Source: an uncultured Lachnospiraceae bacterium
Lineage (GTDB): Bacteria > Bacillota > Clostridia > Lachnospirales > Lachnospiraceae
Direction of reading: 5' to 3'
Length of the DNA stretch: 64,000 bases
Assembly (NCBI GenBank): GCA_946614165.1
Contig: CAMOGQ010000003.1
Location: forward strand, 8,056-72,055
The notes beneath the pieces were generated by a model that saw only the letters and a list, made by a program, of their open reading frames with translations, had not been told where the DNA came from and ran no database searches. Below are positions 56,835 through 64,000 of the stretch, piece by piece. Each line of letters begins with the position of its first letter. Within the stretch, counting starts at the first letter, position 1. Both the position numbers and the translations under genes were made by a program.

Positions 56835-57434
56835 TTATTCTTCCCTGAGCGCGTCGGCGAACTCGGTAAAGACTTTGATGTCATCCTCTGTAAGATTTTC
56901 CTGAACGATCTGGTCAATCTCATCGCTGAGGCCAAGGTCTTCCAGGATGCCTCCGATCATTTCATCACCGTTCAGAGCTTCCTGAAGATAAGGCCAGATG
57001 ATGTCTACAAAGTTATCTACGAACAGTTCTTTGTCTTCGGGCGAAAGTCCTTTTGTGACAGTCTCCACGTCTGTTATATCCGACTGTCCGTCTGCATAAA
57101 GGCGGATGAAACGGGCTGCCAGTCCCACTGCCTTGAGCTGGGAGCCGGCTGTTCCCTTCTCAAGGGAAATGACGTCGGCGACAAGCTTTTCTACGCTGTC
57201 TTCTTCCTCGGATGCTTCGGCTTCCTCAGTGGTTTCTGCTTCAGCGGTTTCTACCTCGGGAGTTTCTGTGTCTGCAGTCTCTTCCTTTTCTTCCGCGGCT
57301 TCCTCAGTCTGCTCTTCCTGTGTTTCCTGCGCAGGTGCTTCCTCTGCAGGCTTTGCTGCGCCCGTGCCGCCGCAGGCCGCAAGGGAAAGGGCCAGAATGC
57401 CCGTCATCATCAGTGATACGATTCTTTTTTTCAT
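56835..57434 (-). CDS. Acidic lipoprotein of unknown function
   Basis: Signal peptide with lipobox LAAC, an E/A/T-rich linker and a helical C-terminal domain. GGAGGT SD; terminator hairpin at ~56778-56815. Confidence 0.8.
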   Translation of the reverse strand: MKKRIVSLMMTGILALSLAACGGTGAAKPAEEAPAQETQEEQTEEAAEEKEETADTETPEVETAEAETTEEAEASEEEDSVEKLVADVISLEKGTAGSQLKAVGLAARFIRLYADGQSDITDVETVTKGLSPEDKELFVDNFVDIIWPYLQEALNGDEMIGGILEDLGLSDEIDQIVQENLTEDDIKVFTEFADALREE

Positions 57435-57565
57435 AATATTTACCTCCGTCTGCAGGAACATTCCTGCCTCATCTGTAATGCGATGCCTATTATAGCATGA
57501 GTCGGCGCCGGTGAAGGACAGATACAGTTAATTCCGGAAAATCTTTTTTACATGCATTTTGCAGC

Positions 57566-58597
57566 TTAGCCCTGCGGGAATGCACCGGAGGGCAGGTCAG
57601 GTCCCCTGCCGTATTCCAGGCGGTATCTGCGGGGGGAGACGCCGTAGGTCTTTTTAAAGAGCCTGTGGAAGTAGGAGATATTTTCATAACCGACGGCAAG
57701 GGAGATGTCGGTGACGGACATGCCGGTCTCCTTCAGCAGGTCGCAGGCTTTTTCCATGCGCTTTTTCTGGATCAGATCCTGCCAGTTGGAACCGGTCAGT
57801 CTGCGGATGGCCCGGGAGAGCCAGGTGATCTCACAGCCCAGCTCCGCTGCAAATTCGGTCAGTTCTCCGTCCTGGTAGTTCTCTTCTATATAGCGGAGGG
57901 AGCGCATGACGATCTCGTGGTCGTAGGGGAGGGATACGGACTGGACACGGTCCGAGTATTCCGGCAGCTGCAGGAAGAGAAGGCCCATGGTCAGCTGGTT
58001 GATGCTGCGCTGGGAGGCGTCCCCGTGCAGAAGGGTCCAGACCAGGTTCTCCAGGAGATTCTGGACCGGAAGGATATCCCGGACCTGGAAATGCAGGAAG
58101 GGGACCCTGGAGCTCTGGGAGCGGAGGCACTCGATCAGGAAGTCCCGCATGGGAGAGGAGGATGCCTCCAGAATGGGCATGATCCTGTCGAAAAACGCGG
58201 GCATGATCATGAAATTGACCGCTATATCCCCTTCTCCGGCCGGCAGGATCTCCTGCTGGGCATACTGGTTCATGATCAGAAGCTCTCCTTTTCCCAGAAG
58301 GATCTCGCTTCCATTGATGATGTGGCGGGTGGTACCCGCGCACATGTAGACCATTTCTATGTAGTTGTGGGTGTGCCTGGGAAAATATACGAACCGGGTA
58401 TGGGTCCGGACCTGTATGAGGCGTCCTTCGTCCAGGACCTTCCGGTTGTCCACAACGAAGCCATCCATATCGGGAACGCCGGCCCCGCCGTCTCCTTCCA
58501 GGGTATAGAGGGACCGTTTCACGCCGGAACCCTGTTTCAGGATATCCTGTTCTTCCTGTGTGATTTTTCTCAGGCGGTCGAGCAGTTCTCTGTTCAT
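57566..58597 (-). CDS. AraC-family regulator with cupin sensor domain, divergent from the rha operon
   Basis: FPRHTHNYIEMVYM cupin motif and C-terminal ISLAVGYENISYFHRLFKKTYGVSPRRYR. Confidence 0.9.
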   Translation of the reverse strand: MNRELLDRLRKITQEEQDILKQGSGVKRSLYTLEGDGGAGVPDMDGFVVDNRKVLDEGRLIQVRTHTRFVYFPRHTHNYIEMVYMCAGTTRHIINGSEILLGKGELLIMNQYAQQEILPAGEGDIAVNFMIMPAFFDRIMPILEASSSPMRDFLIECLRSQSSRVPFLHFQVRDILPVQNLLENLVWTLLHGDASQRSINQLTMGLLFLQLPEYSDRVQSVSLPYDHEIVMRSLRYIEENYQDGELTEFAAELGCEITWLSRAIRRLTGSNWQDLIQKKRMEKACDLLKETGMSVTDISLAVGYENISYFHRLFKKTYGVSPRRYRLEYGRGPDLPSGAFPQG

Positions 58598-58719
58598 TGG
58601 TACCTTCCTGCAAATAAGGACACTTTTTTAAATAAATACGATACTGTAATTATAAATACAGACCCTTTACAATAACAACAGAAACAAAAAAATAATCTTT
58701 TGAAATTTTCCGGAGGTTT

Positions 58720-59580
58720 ATGATGAAAGTTTTAGAGGCGGGTTTTGTAAAGGGATTTATGGCACTGTGCGCGGAAGGATACAGACAGGGCTGGCATGAG
58801 AGAAACGGCGGCAACCTTTCCTACCGCATGACGGCAGAGGACGTGGCAGCCGTCAGAGAGAACCTTTCCGAAGAAGGTGAATGGAAAGAGATCGGCACCA
58901 GCGTGCCCGGCCTTGCGGACGAATACTTTACAGTGACCGGCAGCGGCAAGTATTTCATCAACGTGGACAGAGTTCCCGAAGAGAGCTTCTGCATCCTGAA
59001 GGTGGATTCCACAGGTACAAAGTACCAGATCCAGTGGGGCCTTACGGACGGCGGCAGACCCACTTCCGAGCTTCCCACGCATCTGATGAATCACGAAGTC
59101 AAAAAGAGAGTGACCGGCGGCCTTCACCGCGTGATCTATCATGCCCACTGCAACAACATCATCGCCCTGACCTTTGTTCTTCCCCTGAAGGACGAGATCT
59201 TTACCAGAGAGCTCTGGGAGTCCATGACAGAGTGCCCCGTAGTCTTCCCCGAAGGCGTGGGTGTGGTTCCGTGGATGGTTCCCGGCGGCCGTGAGATCGG
59301 CGTAGAGACCAGCAGGCTGATGGAAGAATACAACGCAGCCATCTGGTCCCACCACGGCATCTTCTGCTCCGGCGAGACCTTTGACTCCACCTTCGGCCTC
59401 ATGCACACCATCGAGAAGGCAGCCCAGGTCCTGGTTATGGTCATGTCCGTATCCGACAGAAAGAGACAGACCATTAAGCCCGACGATTTCAGACGTCTTG
59501 CAAAGGAGTTCGGCGTGACACTGCCCGAAAAGTTCCTGTACGAGAAGGAGAGCGACCTGTTTTCTGATCTGTGCAGATAA
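58720..59580 (+). CDS. rhaD: Rhamnulose-1-phosphate aldolase
   Basis: GWHERNGGNLS, TGSGKYF, PTSELPTH, HAH, TECPVVFPEG, W.HHG and FGLMHTIEK. Confidence 0.93.
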   Translation: MMKVLEAGFVKGFMALCAEGYRQGWHERNGGNLSYRMTAEDVAAVRENLSEEGEWKEIGTSVPGLADEYFTVTGSGKYFINVDRVPEESFCILKVDSTGTKYQIQWGLTDGGRPTSELPTHLMNHEVKKRVTGGLHRVIYHAHCNNIIALTFVLPLKDEIFTRELWESMTECPVVFPEGVGVVPWMVPGGREIGVETSRLMEEYNAAIWSHHGIFCSGETFDSTFGLMHTIEKAAQVLVMVMSVSDRKRQTIKPDDFRRLAKEFGVTLPEKFLYEKESDLFSDLCR

Positions 59581-59600
59581 AAGGGCATAGGGGGTTACAC

Positions 59601-61007
59601 ATGGAAAAAACATATTATCTGGCCATAGATTTCGGCGCATCCAGCGGAAGACATATGCTGGGCCATATGGAAAACGGAAAGATGGTCCTGGAAGAGATAT
59701 ACCGCTTCGACAACGGTATGGTCAAAAAGGACGGCCACAGATGCTGGGAGCTGGACAGGCTCTTTTCGGAGATCAAAAACGGCCTGAAAAAGTGCAGGGA
59801 GATCGGCAAGATCCCGGTCAGCATGGGCATCGATACCTGGGCTGTGGACTACGTCCTTCTGGATGAGAATGACAGGATCCTGGGGCCCACCTACGGATAC
59901 CGCGACGACAGGACCATGGACATGGACTACAAGGTCTATGACATCATTCCCCAGTCGGAGCTCTACGCCCGCACCGGCATCCAGAAGCAGATCTTCAATA
60001 CCATCTATCAGCTGATGGCCGTGAAGGAGCAGGAGAAGGAAAACCTGGACAGGGCAAAGACCTTCATCATGCTGCCCGACTATTTTCACTTCCTTCTGAC
60101 CGGAGTCAAAAAGTCGGAATATACCAACGCCACTTCCACTCAGCTGGTCAGCCCCGTAACCAAGGACTGGGACAGGGAACTGATCCGCAGCCTGGGCTTC
60201 CCGGAAGACATCTTCATGCCTCTGTCCATGCCCGGATCTTTCGTGGGAAGGTTCACGAAAGAGATTGAAGAGGAAGTGGGATTTAACTGCGACGTGGTCC
60301 TTCCCGCCACCCATGATACGGCTTCCGCCGTCATGTCCGTTCCTTCCACAAAGGAGGACGTCCTTTATATCTCCTCCGGCACCTGGTCACTGATGGGCGT
60401 AGAGCTTCCCGAGGCAAAGATCAGCTCCGATACCGAGGCCGGAAACTATACCAACGAAGGCGGCTACGACTACCGTTTCCGTTTCCTCAAGAACATCATG
60501 GGCCTGTGGATGATCCAGCAGGTCAGGCATGACCTGAAGGATGCCTATTCCTTTGCAAAGCTCTGCGAACTGGCGGAAGAAGCAAAAGACTTCCCCACCA
60601 GAGTGGACGTGCAGGACGTCCTTTTCCTGGCCCCCGATTCCATGATCGAAGCCATTAAGGAATATGCCGCCTGGTCAAAGCAGCCTGTGCCCCAGACCGT
60701 GGGCGAGATCGCCACGGTGGTCTACCAGTCCCTGGCAGAGTGCTACGCCGATACGATCCTGGAAATCGAGACCATCACCGGCAGGCACTATGAAGCCATC
60801 AACATCGTGGGCGGCGGCTCCAAGGCGGGCTACCTCAATAAACTGACGGCGGAAAAGTCCGGCAGAAAGGTCCTGGCAGGTCCCGGCGAAGCCACGGCCA
60901 TCGGAAACCTGACGGCCCAGATGATCCATGCGGGCATCTTTAAGGACCTGAAAGAAGCCAGACAGAACATTTTTGAATCCTTCGGCGTCGAAGTCATCGA
61001 GCCTTAA
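59601..61007 (+). CDS. rhaB: Rhamnulokinase
   Basis: LAIDFGASSGR, GIDTWAVD, YRDDRT, SEYTNATSTQL, HDTASA, SSGTWSL, TNEGG and EATAIGN. Start placed at ATG 59601. Confidence 0.92.
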   Translation: MEKTYYLAIDFGASSGRHMLGHMENGKMVLEEIYRFDNGMVKKDGHRCWELDRLFSEIKNGLKKCREIGKIPVSMGIDTWAVDYVLLDENDRILGPTYGYRDDRTMDMDYKVYDIIPQSELYARTGIQKQIFNTIYQLMAVKEQEKENLDRAKTFIMLPDYFHFLLTGVKKSEYTNATSTQLVSPVTKDWDRELIRSLGFPEDIFMPLSMPGSFVGRFTKEIEEEVGFNCDVVLPATHDTASAVMSVPSTKEDVLYISSGTWSLMGVELPEAKISSDTEAGNYTNEGGYDYRFRFLKNIMGLWMIQQVRHDLKDAYSFAKLCELAEEAKDFPTRVDVQDVLFLAPDSMIEAIKEYAAWSKQPVPQTVGEIATVVYQSLAECYADTILEIETITGRHYEAINIVGGGSKAGYLNKLTAEKSGRKVLAGPGEATAIGNLTAQMIHAGIFKDLKEARQNIFESFGVEVIEP

Positions 61008-61056
61008 ACGTATAGTAAAAAAAACTGCAGAAATGTAAATGGGAGGGTTAAAAACC

Positions 61057-62475
61057 ATGTTAGTAAATACTAAAGCAAGAATCGGCGTATTTTCCATCGC
61101 TCTGGGCGCATACCTGCCCCAGTTCCCCCAGCTGGTCCCCGAATTCGAGGCCCAGTACGAAGCCTTCAAAAAGACTCTGCCCGATACCATTGAGATCATC
61201 GACGGCGGCATGGTCACCACCAAGGAAAAGGCCCAGGAGGCCGGAAATAAGTTCCGTGCAGCAGACGTGGACCTGGTCTTCCTTCAGATGCTGACCTACG
61301 CTACTTCCTATAATTATCTGCCCGCTGTCCGCGATCTGGACGTTCCCGTGGTAGTCATCAACCTGCAGAAGGTGAAGGCACTGGACTATGATACGGCTGA
61401 CATCCCCACATGGCTGGGCATCGGCTATGCCTGCGGCGCCACCGGCGAAGTGGTAGCAGACCTTGAGAGATTCGGCAAGAGACATGCCTGCATCACCGGC
61501 GTGGTGGAAGGCGGCGATCCCCAGGCCCAGGCCGAGATCGAAGACTGGTGCAGAGCTGCCCAGGTCAGAAGAAGATTCCGTGACACCAACATCGCCCAGA
61601 TCGGCCGTCCCTATCCCGGCATGATGGATCTGTATATCGACGAGACCAACCTCTACAGAAGAATGAACCTCTATACCAAGCAGTTCGACTGGGAGAAGAT
61701 GTGGTGCATCGCCGACGACGTGACCGACGAGGAAGCCATCCGCGCCAAGGCTCAGGATATCCTGGACACCTTCGACATCGAAGGCGGCGGCACCATCGAA
61801 AAGGTCTGGGACATGGCCAGATATGTGGTGGCCTTTGAGAAGTGGGTCAAAGACGAGCAGCTGGGCCTTGTGGCCTCTCACTACGACGGCTTTGCCAAGG
61901 GCCAGGCAGGCCTTCTGGATTCCATGCTGATCCCCGCTTTCTCCATGCTGATCAAGCAGGGCACCGCCTGCGCGGTGGAAGGCGATATGAAGGTGGCCAT
62001 GGCCATGTCCATCCTCAAGACCATCTCCGGCACAGGCCAGCTGGCTGAGATGTATTCCATCGATTTCAACGACGACATCTGCATCATCGGCCATTCCGGA
62101 TCCGGCGACGCCGATATCTCCGATAAGAAGCCCACCATGAAGATCGTGCCCGTATTCCACGGCAAGACCGGCGGCGGCCACCTGACCCAGTTCTACCCCT
62201 ACACCGGCCCTGTGACCTATCTGGCCATCACCCAGGACGGCGACGGCAACTTCAAGTTCGTGGCAGCAGAGGGCGTCAACGAGGAAGGCAAGATCCTGGG
62301 CTTCGGCGACACCAACATGCGCACACGCTTTACCTGCGGCGCAAGGGAATTCGTCAACCGCTGGACCGAGGCAGGCCCCACTCACCACATGGGCGCGGCT
62401 GCAGGACGTCACATCGATACCATCCTCAAGGTGGCAAAGATCTTCAACGTACCGGTGGAGATCGTTACCAGATAA
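61057..62475 (+). CDS. L-arabinose/L-fucose isomerase-family sugar isomerase
   Basis: AraA-type metal ligand pattern AVEGD, LAEMY, IGHSG and GPTHH. No RhaA/xylose-isomerase TIM-barrel motifs. Start placed at ATG 61057. Confidence 0.8.
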   Translation: MLVNTKARIGVFSIALGAYLPQFPQLVPEFEAQYEAFKKTLPDTIEIIDGGMVTTKEKAQEAGNKFRAADVDLVFLQMLTYATSYNYLPAVRDLDVPVVVINLQKVKALDYDTADIPTWLGIGYACGATGEVVADLERFGKRHACITGVVEGGDPQAQAEIEDWCRAAQVRRRFRDTNIAQIGRPYPGMMDLYIDETNLYRRMNLYTKQFDWEKMWCIADDVTDEEAIRAKAQDILDTFDIEGGGTIEKVWDMARYVVAFEKWVKDEQLGLVASHYDGFAKGQAGLLDSMLIPAFSMLIKQGTACAVEGDMKVAMAMSILKTISGTGQLAEMYSIDFNDDICIIGHSGSGDADISDKKPTMKIVPVFHGKTGGGHLTQFYPYTGPVTYLAITQDGDGNFKFVAAEGVNEEGKILGFGDTNMRTRFTCGAREFVNRWTEAGPTHHMGAAAGRHIDTILKVAKIFNVPVEIVTR

Positions 62476-62738
62476 GATCATCAAAGTCAGACATAAACAG
62501 TCAGGCATAATTCATACAGTGCACCGGAAGGCGGGCAGGAGAGATCCTGTCCGCTTTCTCTTTGTTTCGGGAAATAAAAAACAGGGGTTTTCATACCGGA
62601 AAAGTGCCTTATTTTTCTGCAAGCGAAACTTTGCCAGGCGTTTTATAATCGGCAGACAGGAGGGCCCCGTAAGAATCCCGCCGGACAGGGACCGCGGAAG
62701 AAGGACGGAGGAAGCTGAGAGAAAGGCAGGGCAGAGGC

Positions 62739-64000
62739 ATGGAAGCAGACAGAAAAGAATATGCAGCGGAAGTGGAACAGTATCTGAAGGAGCAGATCGG
62801 TACATTTTCCTATGCTTCTCTGATCAGGGATATCCGCGTCAGTCCGTGTGAAAAGGGGCTGGAGGTGAGGATCCTTTCCGGGGAGAAGGCTGTCATTTTT
62901 AAGCCTGTGCAGTTCCGCGTAAAGAGAGGGTTGTCAGAAAAGGCGTGGATCAATAAAAGGAAGGAAATAATTGGGAATCTGAGACACTGTCAGCCTGAGA
63001 CAGACCCTGACGTCCTTAAAGGAATGGAAGAGGAGGCAGGAAGGAAGCTGGAGAAATGGAGGAAAGAACATCCTTTTAACCAAAAGATGAAGGACTTCCT
63101 TTCATCAGATGCCGCAGCCGCATATTTTTCCAGGGGCGATCTTTTGAAGCTCTGTTTTCTTGAGGAAAATGAGGAGCTTACTTTGGCGCGATGCGTCGCC
63201 GGGAAGGATCACCTGACAGTCTTTTTCCGGGAGATCCCTCTGCAGGCAGTTTATGATTTCGCATCCGGCAAGATCCGTGTATACCTGACCGGAGTAAGCC
63301 CCCTGTACAGACAGCTTGCGGCTTTGTGGAAGGACCATCCTGTGAAGAAGGCAATCGAAACCTATCTGCAGGAAAAGGGCTGGAGAGGCAGCGTCAGATA
63401 CAGGAAAAAGCCCGGTGCCTTTACGGTCTGCTTCCTTTTTGACAGAGAAAGCGTAGAGGAAGAGATCACGGTCCGGGAATCTTACAGGAGGATCGTCTCG
63501 GCTGCCTACCGCAGAGCGCAGAAACGAGCCGAAGAGAGGAAAAAGGAGAAAAAGGAGCAGCTGAAGAAGAATCCTTTCCACGGAAGCTGCCTTGCCCAGG
63601 CTGTGATGGAGACCATCATGGACCGAAAGGGCTATGTGACGGCAAGGCAGATTGTCCATATCCTGCGGGGAACAAATCTGGACAAAGGAACTGCGGCTGC
63701 CAGGCATGCCGGAAGATACAGCCTGCTGGAGCCGGAGGAAATCAGCGCTGTGATCAACGGCCTGGAAGGCTGCGGCCTGATCCGATCCCGATATGTGCAC
63801 GGTGAGTATCAGAATTATTACATATACAGACTGAACCCGGACGGATACCTTCTGGATGAGATGATGCGGGGCAGCCGTTTAAAGAATAATCCTGTCACGG
63901 AACAGGAATACCTGCTCTATATGAGAGCCGTCAGAGACAATGCCAAAGATATACAGGACAAAAGAAAAAAGGATATTCTTAAGCTGCTTGCAGAAAGCCC
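62739..64000 (+). CDS. Hypothetical protein with RQC-like winged-helix domain (3' end outside window; not in the ORF track)
   Basis: Hand translation from ATG 62739 (MEADRKEYAAEVEQYL...) is open to the window end. It includes QAVMETIMDRKGYVTARQIVHILRG...AGRYSLLEPEEISAVINGLEGCGLI...YRLNPDG. Confidence 0.75.
   Translation, partial: MEADRKEYAAEVEQYLKEQIGTFSYASLIRDIRVSPCEKGLEVRILSGEKAVIFKPVQFRVKRGLSEKAWINKRKEIIGNLRHCQPETDPDVLKGMEEEAGRKLEKWRKEHPFNQKMKDFLSSDAAAAYFSRGDLLKLCFLEENEELTLARCVAGKDHLTVFFREIPLQAVYDFASGKIRVYLTGVSPLYRQLAALWKDHPVKKAIETYLQEKGWRGSVRYRKKPGAFTVCFLFDRESVEEEITVRESYRRIVSAAYRRAQKRAEERKKEKKEQLKKNPFHGSCLAQAVMETIMDRKGYVTARQIVHILRGTNLDKGTAAARHAGRYSLLEPEEISAVINGLEGCGLIRSRYVHGEYQNYYIYRLNPDGYLLDEMMRGSRLKNNPVTEQEYLLYMRAVRDNAKDIQDKRKKDILKLLAES

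Noticed and set aside
63105-63800. 231-aa minus-strand ORF
   Set aside because: It is the shadow of the longer plus-strand ORF starting at 62739, which has a recognisable domain.

Overview
A 64-kb chromosomal window from a GC-rich anaerobic Firmicute. Lachnospiraceae is inferred from the but gene, T-box riboswitches, sortase substrate and gene content. No CRISPR array, rRNA, tRNA, integrase or IS was found. In order, the window holds: a 5'-truncated sortase-anchored surface protein; rsuA; metF with a split B12-dependent methionine synthase; trxA-trxB; butyryl-CoA:acetate CoA-transferase; an unannotated ~400-nt structured RNA with its own promoter and terminators; a CBS-pyrophosphatase; an ABC-exported surface-polysaccharide operon with ribofuranosyltransferase-like domains, a methyltransferase and a coupled Ser/Thr kinase; a Zn-finger/TPM fusion; hslO; a divergent L-ascorbate PTS cluster lacking ulaD; a Leu T-box-controlled 2-isopropylmalate synthase fused in frame to a complete AraC DNA-binding domain; a 28-aa hydrophobic peptide gene missing from the ORF track; a Trp T-box ABC transporter; a thiT remnant; an AT-richer islet (2 LysR, esterase, SLC13 permease, B3-like metallo-hydrolase); a Suv3-like helicase; a rhamnose-type operon with an AraA-fold isomerase where rhaA is expected; and a 3'-truncated RQC-domain ORF. 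The best candidates for undescribed biology are the LeuA-AraC fusion, the orphan structured RNA, and the ulaD-less and rhaA-less sugar pathways. All calls come from reading motifs by eye; no database searches were run.
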